Of a DNA stretch of 64,000 nucleotides, positions 10,736 through 22,800 are shown in pieces (the first letter of the stretch is position 1; the number at the start of each line of letters is the position of its first letter). The translations under genes and the position numbers were made by a program. A model generated the notes under the pieces. It was given only the letters and a program-made list of their open reading frames with translations, was not told the origin of the DNA and ran no database searches. The stretch is from Bacteroidales bacterium (lineage in GTDB: Bacteria > Bacteroidota > Bacteroidia > Bacteroidales > PUMT01). The DNA lies in assembly GCA_007135095.1 (NCBI GenBank), contig SLJO01000086.1, forward strand, positions 5,011 through 69,010. The letters run 5' to 3'.

Positions 10736-11323
10736 TCAGGGTTTGAGTGCCACCATCCTTACCAGTCTGCCTTTTCCTTTATAAGACCCCTGATCACCCC
10801 CGGTTTCGGTTTGGTTAAGTGTTTCAATGTCCAGGCCCTGAAAATCCTCCTTTATTCCGGCAATATCATATAACATTGGGCCAGGTTTGTCAGAGCCGGA
10901 ATCAGCCTGTTCACCGGCGAAGGCTTCGATCAGGAAAAATCCGCCGCGTTTAAGGGAACTGATTAGTTTCTTGTTTACAAAAGACCTGATATGCAATTCA
11001 AGATAAACATGTATCAATGCAATGACGTCATACATTTCCTCTTCCAGTTCATGAAATTCAATGTATCCGGTATAATTAACCGCTTTCACCCCTTCCCTGC
11101 CGGCCATTTCAAGAGTTTTTTTCCTGGCATCAAGACAGAAGTCAAAAACATTCACATCCCAGCCCAGGCTTGCTGCGAAAACAGCATTGCTTGCCGGGCC
11201 ACCGGCAGGAAGAAGCATTCTCCCCGGCTGCACCCCCTCAATAAATGACCTGAAAAAGACATCAGGCCGGTCACTGTTTGTCTCATCTTTTTTACTGCGC
11301 TTGTTATCCTGGGACTCTCTCAT
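10736..11323 (-). CDS. class I SAM-dependent methyltransferase-like protein (TehB/TPMT-like fold, atypical motif I)
   Basis: 195 aa. The Rossmann-like pattern LLPAGGPASNAVFAASLGWDVNVFDF ... YDVIALIHV ... LKRGGFFLIEAF fits. The glycine-rich motif I is degenerate (AGGPAS). Confidence 0.5.
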   Translation of the reverse strand: MRESQDNKRSKKDETNSDRPDVFFRSFIEGVQPGRMLLPAGGPASNAVFAASLGWDVNVFDFCLDARKKTLEMAGREGVKAVNYTGYIEFHELEEEMYDVIALIHVYLELHIRSFVNKKLISSLKRGGFFLIEAFAGEQADSGSDKPGPMLYDIAGIKEDFQGLDIETLNQTETGGDQGSYKGKGRLVRMVALKP

Positions 11324-11551
11324 TATTACAATTAATAAAAAAACACAAACCGGTGTAAGCGGGCTTTTTAATTAAGCACATGATATTAACTTTACTCTTT
11401 GCCAGTATATGCCTCGGGGCGGCCTTCAAGTGTGCCCACTGATGATAACCCTGCATGAAAATATGAACGTGCCACCGGGCAAACCAAACACATATGAGTA
11501 TAATATTAAATGGCTGGCTTCATATGATAATACTAAAGATGATATAAACAT

Positions 11552-12670
11552 ATGAAATATTCTCCTAATAACATTAGGCCGGCCATTCAGGCCGGTGATT
11601 TTCCGGCAAAAACCCATGTAAAGCCGGAAATTTATCCTGACGATAATGACCTGCCTGTTTTCAGGGGAGGGATGAATTATCGCCATGTCCTGAAAAAGCT
11701 TGATTCCGGTCCGGGCATTAAAGTGCAGGGGAGCTATGCAACAGCCATGGCATTTTATTCATGGCTGAAAAAAAGGATCACCTCGAAGCACCCGGTATAC
11801 AATTACATCACCTCACGGATAACAAGGGAGATTATCAATAAAAAAACAAGTAAGATCTTTGTGAAAATAAGCCACCACAAGCCTGAACCTGAAAAGGCCC
11901 CCGAAATACCATGGTTGAAAATCTTTTATCCCGGCAACCCTGATTTCCTGATTTCCCTGCCTGACATGCTTGGATTGAATGGCGCCTGGCAGTGGTATGA
12001 AAAGGGGATCAAATACCCGGTTCTTGAACACAGGCTTCATCCTTATTACGGTGTATATTTCCCGACCAGGACTGAACATTTGATTCTTTTTGACCAGTGG
12101 CTCGAAAAAAACAAAGGCAGGTTCACCAATGCTGCAGATATCGGTACTGGTTGCGGAATACTCAGTTTTATAATGGCCAGGCATGGCATGAAAAGGGTAT
12201 ATGCAACCGATATCAATCCAAATGCAGTTTACAGCACATCAAAGGAAATTGAGAGGTTCAGGCTCAGCAAATGCATAAATATCGAACAGGCTTCGTTTTT
12301 TGGCTCCGTCAGGGATGATCTGGATCTGGCAGTGTTCAATCCTCCCTGGATCCCCGGTAAATGCAATAGCATAACTGATATGGGCGTCTATTATGAAGAA
12401 GGCTTTTTTGAAAAGTTTTTCAGCGAAGCAGCAGCCAGGCTTGCTCCCGGCACAATCCTGATTGTATTATTCTCGAGCTTTGCGATCGAAGCCGGAATAA
12501 CGGATCACAATCCTGTTGAAAAAGCGGTTAACCATGATAAATTCATCCTGGAGGATAAAATTACCAGGAGTGTTACAGAGAAGGCAAAAGCAAAGTCAAA
12601 AAACTGGTTAAACGAGTTAAGGAGCAAGGAAAAGATCGAACTGTGGATATTTAAAAGAACAAACAGCTGA
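11552..12670 (+). CDS. SAM-dependent methyltransferase with NPPW motif IV and an uncharacterised ~190-aa N-terminal domain
   Basis: 372 aa. Motif I is ADIGTGCGILSF, followed by YATDINPNA, and motif IV is VFNPPWIPG (the N/Q/amino-methyltransferase class). I do not recognise the N-terminal half. Confidence 0.6.
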   Translation: MKYSPNNIRPAIQAGDFPAKTHVKPEIYPDDNDLPVFRGGMNYRHVLKKLDSGPGIKVQGSYATAMAFYSWLKKRITSKHPVYNYITSRITREIINKKTSKIFVKISHHKPEPEKAPEIPWLKIFYPGNPDFLISLPDMLGLNGAWQWYEKGIKYPVLEHRLHPYYGVYFPTRTEHLILFDQWLEKNKGRFTNAADIGTGCGILSFIMARHGMKRVYATDINPNAVYSTSKEIERFRLSKCINIEQASFFGSVRDDLDLAVFNPPWIPGKCNSITDMGVYYEEGFFEKFFSEAAARLAPGTILIVLFSSFAIEAGITDHNPVEKAVNHDKFILEDKITRSVTEKAKAKSKNWLNELRSKEKIELWIFKRTNS

Positions 12671-12692
12671 CAAACTATATTCAACAATCCCC

Positions 12693-14114
12693 CTATTCTT
12701 TTAAATAAGTAAGAAGCACCTCTGCCAGGGACCTGTCATTATTGAGATGCGGCACCTTATTTTGCCCACCCAGCTTGCCTATGGAACTCATATAGCGGGA
12801 AAAGCTGTTTTCCGGCATTACCCTTATCAACAATGGCTGGATAATTTTTCCTCTTATCAGATCATTGTAATAGGAATTTCTTTTACAGAGCTGATTATCC
12901 AGTTCAATGCTGAAATCGTCAAGCGAAAAGGGATGCCCGGAAAATTCAATAAACCACTCGTGGCAGGACTTTCCCTCCGGATTATCAACAAGTGGGGCGA
13001 CTGTGAATTCATTTACCCTTGCCCCGGTTTTTTTGCACGCCTCATTCATTGCCGCTTCAACTTCCCCGGCAATAACATGTTCGCCAAAGGCAGAGATAAA
13101 CTGACTGATCCTGCCGGTAACTATAATACGATACGGATCTTTTGATACGAACCTGACAGTATCGCCTATATTATATCCCCACAAGCCGGCATTTGAATTA
13201 AGGATCAGCAAATAGTTCACACCTGTCTGCACGCCGGATAATGAAATCCGCTGCATGTTTCCATTATGGTATTCAGAAACAGGAATAAACTCGAAGAATA
13301 TTCCCGAATCGGGTATCAGAAGGAGTCCATCGCCGGGAAACTGATCCTGGAACGCTATAAAGCCTTCGGAGGCGGGAAAGGTCTCGAGCGTGTCTACGCT
13401 TCCTCCCAGTAACTTTTTGAATTTCTGCTCATATGGCTGAAAGTTCACACCTCCGTATATAAACAGGCTGAAACCGGGAAACAGTTCACAAATATTTGGT
13501 TTACCCGAGCGCTTAAGTATGCGGTCAAAATACATTTCCACCCATGGAGGGATACCGCTTATCAGACTCATATTTTTATCAATAGTCTCTTCAATGATCG
13601 TGTCAATTTTCTTTTCCCAGTCGCTCATACAATTCGTTTTCCAGGAAGGAAGCTGATTGCGCCGCAGGTAAGCAGGAACATGATGATTTACTATACCTGA
13701 TAAGCGGCCTGAGGGTATCCCGTTCTCCTCACCGAGCACCGGACTGCCGGATATGAAAATATATTTCCCCTCAAGAAACCCGGTCTTCCCGGTAGAATTA
13801 ATATAATTGAAAAGGGCCAGCCGGGTGGAATTTATATGATTGGGCATAGAATCCCTGGTGATGGGTATGTACTTTCCGCCGGAAGTTGTTCCCGAGGTCC
13901 TGGCAAAATACATTGGCCGGCCGGGCCAGGTAACATTCTCCTCACCGAGCCTTATGCGGCCGATGTAGTGCCGGAAAGCGTCATAATCACTTACAGGCAC
14001 ATTCGCTTTAAAACCTTCATATGAGGTAACCTGATGAAAAGAATGTTCGCGGCCGAAAGAAGTATCCCTTGCTTTTACCAGTAGTTTTCCGAACTCTTTC
14101 TCCTGCAGAGCCAC
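12693..14114 (-). CDS. GH3 family (auxin-responsive-promoter-like, acyl-adenylate-forming) protein; N-terminus apparently interrupted by an in-frame stop
   Basis: 473 aa from a GTG start. Typical bacterial GH3 blocks are present (FARTSGTTSGGKYIP, SEGFIAFQ, FGEHV). A further 21 in-frame codons (ATG at 14192, MSLLSFSARTAAGIFGRRIKK) lie upstream of a TAA at 14127-14129. Confidence 0.8.
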   Translation of the reverse strand: MALQEKEFGKLLVKARDTSFGREHSFHQVTSYEGFKANVPVSDYDAFRHYIGRIRLGEENVTWPGRPMYFARTSGTTSGGKYIPITRDSMPNHINSTRLALFNYINSTGKTGFLEGKYIFISGSPVLGEENGIPSGRLSGIVNHHVPAYLRRNQLPSWKTNCMSDWEKKIDTIIEETIDKNMSLISGIPPWVEMYFDRILKRSGKPNICELFPGFSLFIYGGVNFQPYEQKFKKLLGGSVDTLETFPASEGFIAFQDQFPGDGLLLIPDSGIFFEFIPVSEYHNGNMQRISLSGVQTGVNYLLILNSNAGLWGYNIGDTVRFVSKDPYRIIVTGRISQFISAFGEHVIAGEVEAAMNEACKKTGARVNEFTVAPLVDNPEGKSCHEWFIEFSGHPFSLDDFSIELDNQLCKRNSYYNDLIRGKIIQPLLIRVMPENSFSRYMSSIGKLGGQNKVPHLNNDRSLAEVLLTYLKE

Positions 14115-14253
14115 CGCATTTTTTTTTTATTTTTTGATTCTTCTGCCGAATATCCCTGCGGCTGTTCTCGCTGAAAAACTTAGCAAACTCATAGGATTTG
14201 ATTTAAATCAGTTTTCTGGTGTCAACCATGATTATATATTTAACAGGATATTT

Positions 14254-15684
14254 TCAAAGATTAATCATACCATCGTATTTTGATCGTATAATTATACTGA
14301 TCAGCTCCCGGTAAACAGCTATTCCCTTTTCAAGTGCATCAACGGGAATTCTTTCGTCAACATTATGAATGGTTTCAAGCAGATACGCGGGTATGAAGAC
14401 CGGCAGTATCCCGTAAGTTGGTATGCCCAGAGCCCTGAAATAGTTATTATCATTGGAAGCCGGTGCAAGGATGGGTATGACACCTGCACCGGGATATACT
14501 GTTTCAAGTGCCTCTTTAAAGTAATAATAAAATCCGTCGGGCTGGGTTGAAGGGGTTTTTTCCCTTTCATGTAAAATCCTGATATAGATATCATCATTAT
14601 CAAGGACTTTCTTGATCTGCGAAATAAAATCCTCCGTCCTGGTTTCAGGCAGCAGCCGGCAGTCAAGCCTTGCAATTATTTCCTGGGGTATCTGGTTGGC
14701 AGCACCTGCGGGGCTGTTGATTGATGTTATGGTAGCTGTGTTGGTTATCAGTGAAAGGACAATGTCCTCCTGTCTCATGGCAGGCAGCACAAATGGCCTG
14801 AAAAGCCATATATTCCGCAGTGCCAGTCCGCGCATACCACCCTCAACCTTTCCGAGCTCGCTGAACATGGTTCTGGTGGTTTCCGAGAACCTGATTCTCT
14901 GAGGCCGGTCAAGAAGCCTGTTGAGTGCCTGTACCTTTTCCTTTACAGCATACTGTGGAGGGGGAACGGCGCCATGCCCCGAAGTAATATTTGTCAGTCT
15001 CAGCTCAAGCCACAGGCTGCGTTTGAATGCTACCGAAATACCAAAAAGTTTTCTTTCCGGGTCTCTTTTCAGTATACCGGGAATTCCGGATCCTCCTTCA
15101 CCGTAAACAGCGATGGGATTCAGGAGTTCCAGAAACTCATTAACGACAATGCTTGCCCCGGTATACCCGCCGGTTTCTTCGCCTGACACCGAGAGGAGGG
15201 TAACATTGAAAGGCAGGTCGGTACCCGCCGCCAGTTCCAGAAAATATTCCATGCCGAGCAGCTGCATAACTCCCATGCCTTTGTTGTCGATGGCACCCCG
15301 GCCCCATACCATTCCATCTGCAATGGTACCGGAAAAAGGGGGATAGGTGTATTCATGCTCCAGGTCTCCACTGGCAGGGACAACATCAATATGGTTCAGA
15401 AGCAATATGTTGGGCTTATTATTCTCAAGCGGATACAGGGAGGCGGTGAAATTGAAGCTGCCGGGTTCATCGGTCAGAACTTCAACATAAAACCCCTTCT
15501 GCCTGGCCACGGTGGAAAAAAACAGACCTGCAGGCCTTTCATTGCCGGTTACAGAGGCATGTCTTATATAGCGACTTAAAAGCTCTGCATAATGGGGTAT
15601 GGTATCATTGTCAGGGTATGATGCTTTTGTGCTGCCAGAGAAAAAGAAATGTAAAGCAATTATTATCAGCCAAAATTTGTTCAT
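14254..15684 (-). CDS. M20/M25/M40 family metallopeptidase (secreted)
   Basis: 476 aa with a signal peptide. Metal-binding blocks are LLNHIDVVP, GRGAIDNKG and SGEETGG. Confidence 0.8.
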   Translation of the reverse strand: MNKFWLIIIALHFFFSGSTKASYPDNDTIPHYAELLSRYIRHASVTGNERPAGLFFSTVARQKGFYVEVLTDEPGSFNFTASLYPLENNKPNILLLNHIDVVPASGDLEHEYTYPPFSGTIADGMVWGRGAIDNKGMGVMQLLGMEYFLELAAGTDLPFNVTLLSVSGEETGGYTGASIVVNEFLELLNPIAVYGEGGSGIPGILKRDPERKLFGISVAFKRSLWLELRLTNITSGHGAVPPPQYAVKEKVQALNRLLDRPQRIRFSETTRTMFSELGKVEGGMRGLALRNIWLFRPFVLPAMRQEDIVLSLITNTATITSINSPAGAANQIPQEIIARLDCRLLPETRTEDFISQIKKVLDNDDIYIRILHEREKTPSTQPDGFYYYFKEALETVYPGAGVIPILAPASNDNNYFRALGIPTYGILPVFIPAYLLETIHNVDERIPVDALEKGIAVYRELISIIIRSKYDGMINL

Positions 15685-15898
15685 ATGGCAAAATTATAAT
15701 TTATACTAAAACCGAACTAACTTTTGATCAATATAAGATAATCATACTGCGTAATATCATACTGCATACATTGCACAATACTGTCCGGTTATATGAATTG
15801 TCATCCACCGGCCGGCCCTGACGGCAAAATTTCACAACTGATTCGGGGGAACAGGCAGGTATATTAAAACAGCTACAGACCGGTGATCCGGAAAAATA

Positions 15899-17929
<2,031 letters not shown>

Positions 17930-17933
17930 TTAA

Positions 17934-17941
17934 CAAATATA
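17934..17941 (-). promoter_or_regulatory. candidate -7 promoter box (TATATTTG on minus strand) for gyrB, located in the terminus of repeat copy A
   Basis: Plus-strand CAAATATA equals minus-strand TATATTTG, an exact TAnnTTTG match 53 nt upstream of the gyrB ATG (17881). Confidence 0.3.
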
Positions 17942-18084
17942 CATTAAATTTTTTCAGCTTAAATTTCAGACAGAAAAGATGAAAAAATTTGATGTTAAAG
18001 CGAAGCGGTTCCTCCTGTAAGTCAAAATTTTGTATTTTATGAAACAAAATTCCGGCTTCTTTTTTTTACAGGATAAATATAACA
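17934..18084 (+). repeat. intergenic repeat element, copy A (contains 13-codon mini-ORF 17979-18020, hairpin, T-tract)
   Basis: nt 17934-18051 align to the reverse complement of 48509-48625 with 2 substitutions and 1 single-base indel (hand alignment). The tails are related but diverged. Confidence 0.85.
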
Positions 18085-18100
18085 AAAATAAAGCATCCGG

Positions 18101-18126
18101 ACTCATAAAGTCCTGTCCGGAAGGCT
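18101..18126 (-). terminator. possible terminator hairpin downstream of the beta-barrel gene
   Basis: 7-bp stem TCCGGAC (18101-18107) / GTCCGGA (18120-18126) with a 12-nt loop. T-rich sequence follows on both strands. The structure is weak. Confidence 0.35.
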
Positions 18127-18175
18127 CATTTTTTCAATAATCAATTAACAGGTTATGCGACTGTCATGGAGGTTG

Positions 18176-19858
18176 TTACAATGAATATGTAAAGCCTGCC
18201 ATAACAGAGAATCCCTGAACAGGATAATTGTTCCATTTGTAGTACCTGGCATTGGCAAGATTATTCAAACGAAGGAAACCGGAAAGTATCCTGTTATACC
18301 TGTATTCGATCCCCAGGTTAACATCGGCAATCCCGTCAAGCTCGATTGCATCATCCTCGCCGTTAAATGCCATAGCGTAACGTTTGCCTATATAAAACAC
18401 ATCCGCATTCAGCAAAATCTTGTCACCAAGGTTATATCTGGCCGAAAAATTCAGGTCCATTTCAGGTTTATGCCAGGCATATTCCTGCAGCTTCAAGCCA
18501 TAATCGAAGAAGCTTGCCCTGGCAAAAAGACTGAAACGGTCAGAAAAATCGGCTCCTATTTCCCCTGAATATGTAAGCAGCTCTATATCATCATACACTA
18601 CATCAAACTGGTTGCCGATAATCCGGGTATTGTCATTAACAAAGAAATACATATCCTCATAAACGGCATATGAGACTTTGAAATTAAAGGAAACAGCACG
18701 GGTAAAGTTCCCCTTTACCCCCGTGTATAAATCCATTGACCGGTCGGTGTTTCTTACCGATAACCCGGGAACTATAAATAAATTCTCATATGCCACCTTC
18801 CTGTGATGATTCACTTCCAGTCCGCCGTCTATTCCAATATAGGGTATTACATAATTTCGTATTATACTAAACTGGAGGCTTGCCCTGGGATGCAGGTATA
18901 ACTTTGATTCCTCTCCCCTCTGGTCATAAAAACTATGGAAGCCTGCAAAAACCTCCCACTCATCATCAGCCTTGTTAAACCACGGACTCAGCTTAAGGAC
19001 CGTATTTGCGTTATCCGGGGCGAGAGTATTGTTATAATAATCAACATCAAAGTTTGCTCCTATAACCTGGCTCCTGAGAAATTTATTGAAGCCTGATCTG
19101 AAAGACAGTCCGTGCTCTGAAACATCCAGCCTGTCCTGAAAATAATTATAATCAAGCGACAGATCATAGTTTAAATAGCTTGAGTCGGTATGAGTCGAGT
19201 TCAGGCGCAATCCGGCGTTACCCGCCATGAATTGCTGGCGGATGTCGTCTCTTGCGGGTACTGCTTCATCATCTATTGAAGTATCATACCCATAGAAGTG
19301 GAAGGCGTTGGACTGCAACCCGGCGCTTCCTGAAAGTACATTGCGGCGTCCCATACGCTTGCCGTAAAAAAGCATCTCATTATCGGCAAACTGAGAAAAG
19401 GCCTTTTCATTATTGTCAAGTTTGAGCCTTCCCTGTGATGAATGATGCTTCAGAAATATTCCTCCGGAATAGTTGTTGCTCCTGAGATTATTAATGCTGA
19501 TTTCTGCAAAGGGACTGACATAGCTGCCCACACCAAGCCTGATGTGACTTCCGTATAATTTGGAGACTGTTTCGGCACTCATGCGGGCGGCAGTTATTGG
19601 CTCAACTTCAAAATCTGTGGATATCGGGATGGGAAGTATGGAATAGCTGAACAGGGGTGTTACGCTGACGGTATCGGATATTGATGGCAATAAATTAATT
19701 TTGGCAGCTTCAGCCACGGAGGGTTCATAGGTTCTTACTACCACAACCTCCTTGTCAATACCCTCCTGTGCATTTATGAACGGCACAGAAAACAAAAACA
19801 GGGCCCCTGACAGAATTATCAGCAGCCCTCTTCCCGATATTTTTTTTAACTCCTTCAT
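18176..19858 (-). CDS. putative outer-membrane beta-barrel protein (Bacteroidetes putative-porin type)
   Basis: 560 aa. Signal peptide (…FLFSVPFINAQE), alternating aromatic/hydrophilic beta-strand pattern throughout, and a C-terminal ...SVMAGFTYSL ending with a barrel-like aromatic signature. Confidence 0.55.
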   Translation of the reverse strand: MKELKKISGRGLLIILSGALFLFSVPFINAQEGIDKEVVVVRTYEPSVAEAAKINLLPSISDTVSVTPLFSYSILPIPISTDFEVEPITAARMSAETVSKLYGSHIRLGVGSYVSPFAEISINNLRSNNYSGGIFLKHHSSQGRLKLDNNEKAFSQFADNEMLFYGKRMGRRNVLSGSAGLQSNAFHFYGYDTSIDDEAVPARDDIRQQFMAGNAGLRLNSTHTDSSYLNYDLSLDYNYFQDRLDVSEHGLSFRSGFNKFLRSQVIGANFDVDYYNNTLAPDNANTVLKLSPWFNKADDEWEVFAGFHSFYDQRGEESKLYLHPRASLQFSIIRNYVIPYIGIDGGLEVNHHRKVAYENLFIVPGLSVRNTDRSMDLYTGVKGNFTRAVSFNFKVSYAVYEDMYFFVNDNTRIIGNQFDVVYDDIELLTYSGEIGADFSDRFSLFARASFFDYGLKLQEYAWHKPEMDLNFSARYNLGDKILLNADVFYIGKRYAMAFNGEDDAIELDGIADVNLGIEYRYNRILSGFLRLNNLANARYYKWNNYPVQGFSVMAGFTYSL

Positions 19859-19885
19859 TATTATGCTTCTATTGATGTTTCCGGT

Positions 19886-22800
19886 TTATTGACTTCTGAA
19901 CCTGATTTCCAGTGTATCACTGTCGGGTACCAGCTGTGTATCTTCACGCAGATCGATTGCCTGCAGACGTTTTCTTGCCTCCGAGAGAATGCCATCGCCG
20001 GAGATATCATAGTTATCGACGATACTTTGCAGTGTATGCCTGGCCTGGAAATCATCTCCAAGCTTAAGGTAAATGTCGGCAAGCAAAATAAATGATTTCG
20101 CCATCCAATGCTGATGAGGAGTGTTCATGGCCACCAGGTCATACACCTCTTCTTCAGACTGGTCGGTTTTACCCTGCAGGAAATAAATTTCGGCTATCCG
20201 GTATTTTGACTCTGCGCCCTCGCTGCTTATAACTTCCTGGGCCACAACCCTGAATTCATTCAATGCCGCATCCAGCCGGTTGAGCGACTGGTGGGCTTTT
20301 CCCTTGCTAAAGTGAGCTTCCCGTTTTATTTCTTCGGGAAGGTTATCGGTTGAGAGCACCTTGGCGGAAGCACCGATTGTGCCTTCATGGATCCCCAGGA
20401 TACGGCTTGTCCTCATCTGCCCCAGCCTTGCTGAAAACAGGTTGGAACTCATTTCTGCCACACGCTCCAGCTCCTGGTAATTCTTCAGTGCTTCTTCATA
20501 ATTTCCCTTTTCAAAATTAATTGAGGCAGAACCGACAAGTGCCGGCTCGGTGAAAGTATTGCGGAACATTCCGGTTACAAAGTTATATGACTCAAGGGCC
20601 TTTGCATACTCACCAAGCCTGCGGTGACAATCAGCCTTGTAGTAATGGGCATTAAGGATGAAGCTTCCGTTTCTGAACTTTTCAATATACCGTGCAAAGC
20701 CTTCAGCTGCCTGGGCGTGGTTGCCCGCCATATATGAATTTTCAGCAGCTATATATGTCAGTGAGTCCTGTTCTGATATTGTCACACTGGCAAAGCCTCC
20801 AAGGGTCCGGGAATATTCAACGTAAGCATCGACATTGTTCATATCCAGGTAGATATTGCGGAGGCCCGCAAGGGCTGAGCGTGACTGGGGAGTGCCGGGG
20901 AATGTCTCTGCAACTTTCTTGTAATAGTTGATTGCCTCCGCATTGCGGTTCCTGTTATATTCAATTAATCCAAGTTGCAGCAGGGCAGAGCTTACAAAGC
21001 TGCTTGCCGGATATTCTTCTGCAAGCATGGTGTAATATGTAACCGCCCTGCCGGGAGAATTGACGGCCATATGAGCATTCCCCATCTCAAATAAAGCATC
21101 CAGCCGGTAAGGCGAAGCGGGGTGTTCTGAAAGTAACTGGTCAAGGACCTTTATCTTGTTGTTCACATTGTTCATAAGCCCCATTGCTATGGCTTTCTGA
21201 AAAAGGGCATAATCACGGTTTGCCATCCCGTTGGAGATGGACCTGTCATAGAATTCGACTGAATTCTGGTACTGGTTCATAATAAAATATGAATCGCCGA
21301 TCCTGTTCAGGGCATCACCCACCATCCTGGTCCGGCCTTCCCTGGTGAGATTCAGATATCTTCTGAACCAGGAAATTGCATTCGGGTGATCATTATTCCT
21401 GAAATGGGCATATCCCATATTATAATGCGATGTATTATATTCCTCAAGACCGAATGCACCCGGGGAGAGCATGAACCGGTTGTAGTTACTGATGGCTTCA
21501 GTATACCGGTTAAGTCTGAACTGGGCTTCTGCTTTCCAGTACCAGGATTGTGCTGCAATTGCAGGATTGAACTGTGCATTGGTCAGCGACAGATCAAATG
21601 CCCGTATGGCATCTTCAAAACGCAGGTTGCTGTATAGTTCAAGTCCCCTGAAATAAGCGACCCGCTGGTATGCCCTTCTGATATCAGTGGTCTTTACGGT
21701 GATTTTTTCAATCGATGAAAGAGCTTCGCGATAATTCCGGGTATTCATATATGCCATCACCAGGTAGTTGTAAGCCTCATCAATTCTCCTGGAATCGGGA
21801 AACAATTCAATAAAATTGTTGAATCCGTTTATCGCTTCGTTAAAGGGAGAATAAGCTATTTCAAAGGTCAGCAGTGAATAGTTAAACAGTGCATCCTCCT
21901 GTATTGTTTTGTCAAAATCCATGCGTGCTGCGGCAGAAAAAGCCATCCTTGCCTTTTGCTTGTCGTCCATGTGAATATAGCAGTCGGCGAGATGATAATT
22001 TGTATTCTGACCCAGACTGTCATCCCTTCCTCCAACCCTCTCAAACATTGCAGCGGCCTCTTCATACCTGTTGGTCTGATAATAACAGTATCCAAGCTGG
22101 TACCTGTCTTCCCGTGAGATATTACCAGTATTGTCGATGTACTTCTCAAGGTAACCGATGGCCTCGCTGTACTGGCGCCGCCGGTAATATGATTCACCGA
22201 TTAGCCTGGAAATCTCCGGCACCCGTCTGGATACGGCAACCTCAAGCAATCCGGGACCATTGGCTATCACATCATCATACCTCCTTTGCAGGTAGTAGAT
22301 TTGAATAATGTAATAAGGAACCAGTGGAGCAAAAGATTCATCATCCCGCAAACTCAGAAACCCCTGGAGTGCGGTGGCCATGTTTCTGTCGGTATATGCT
22401 ATATGGGAATAATAATAGGTTGCAGGAGATGCATAGGAAGAGTTCCGGTCCTTTATTACAAAAAACGCTCGTGAGGCTTTGTCAAATTCGTTTCTCATGA
22501 AATAGCTATAACCGAGCATAAAGAAATACTCGTCTCTCAGGTCGCTTTTCAGATGCTCATGCCGGACTCCCGCCAGCCAGTCGGACGACTTCCGGTAATT
22601 TCTTTTCCTGTAAAAATAACGGCCCAGGTTAAAGTGGGCATCATTTTGATAAATACTTTCGGGATGGTCACTTACGAATTTGACCATCAGGTATTCGGCA
22701 TCATCATTAAAAAGTTCGATGGCACACAGGGCTGAATAATATTCGGCGTTTGATTTCAGGAGCGTGCCTGATTCACCATATCCGCGTATGGCAGTTTGAA

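Noticed and set aside
11426-11686. 86-aa minus-strand ORF spanning the divergent methyltransferase spacer
   Set aside because: It overlaps the well-supported start of the plus-strand methyltransferase gene and has no motifs, so it is probably spurious.
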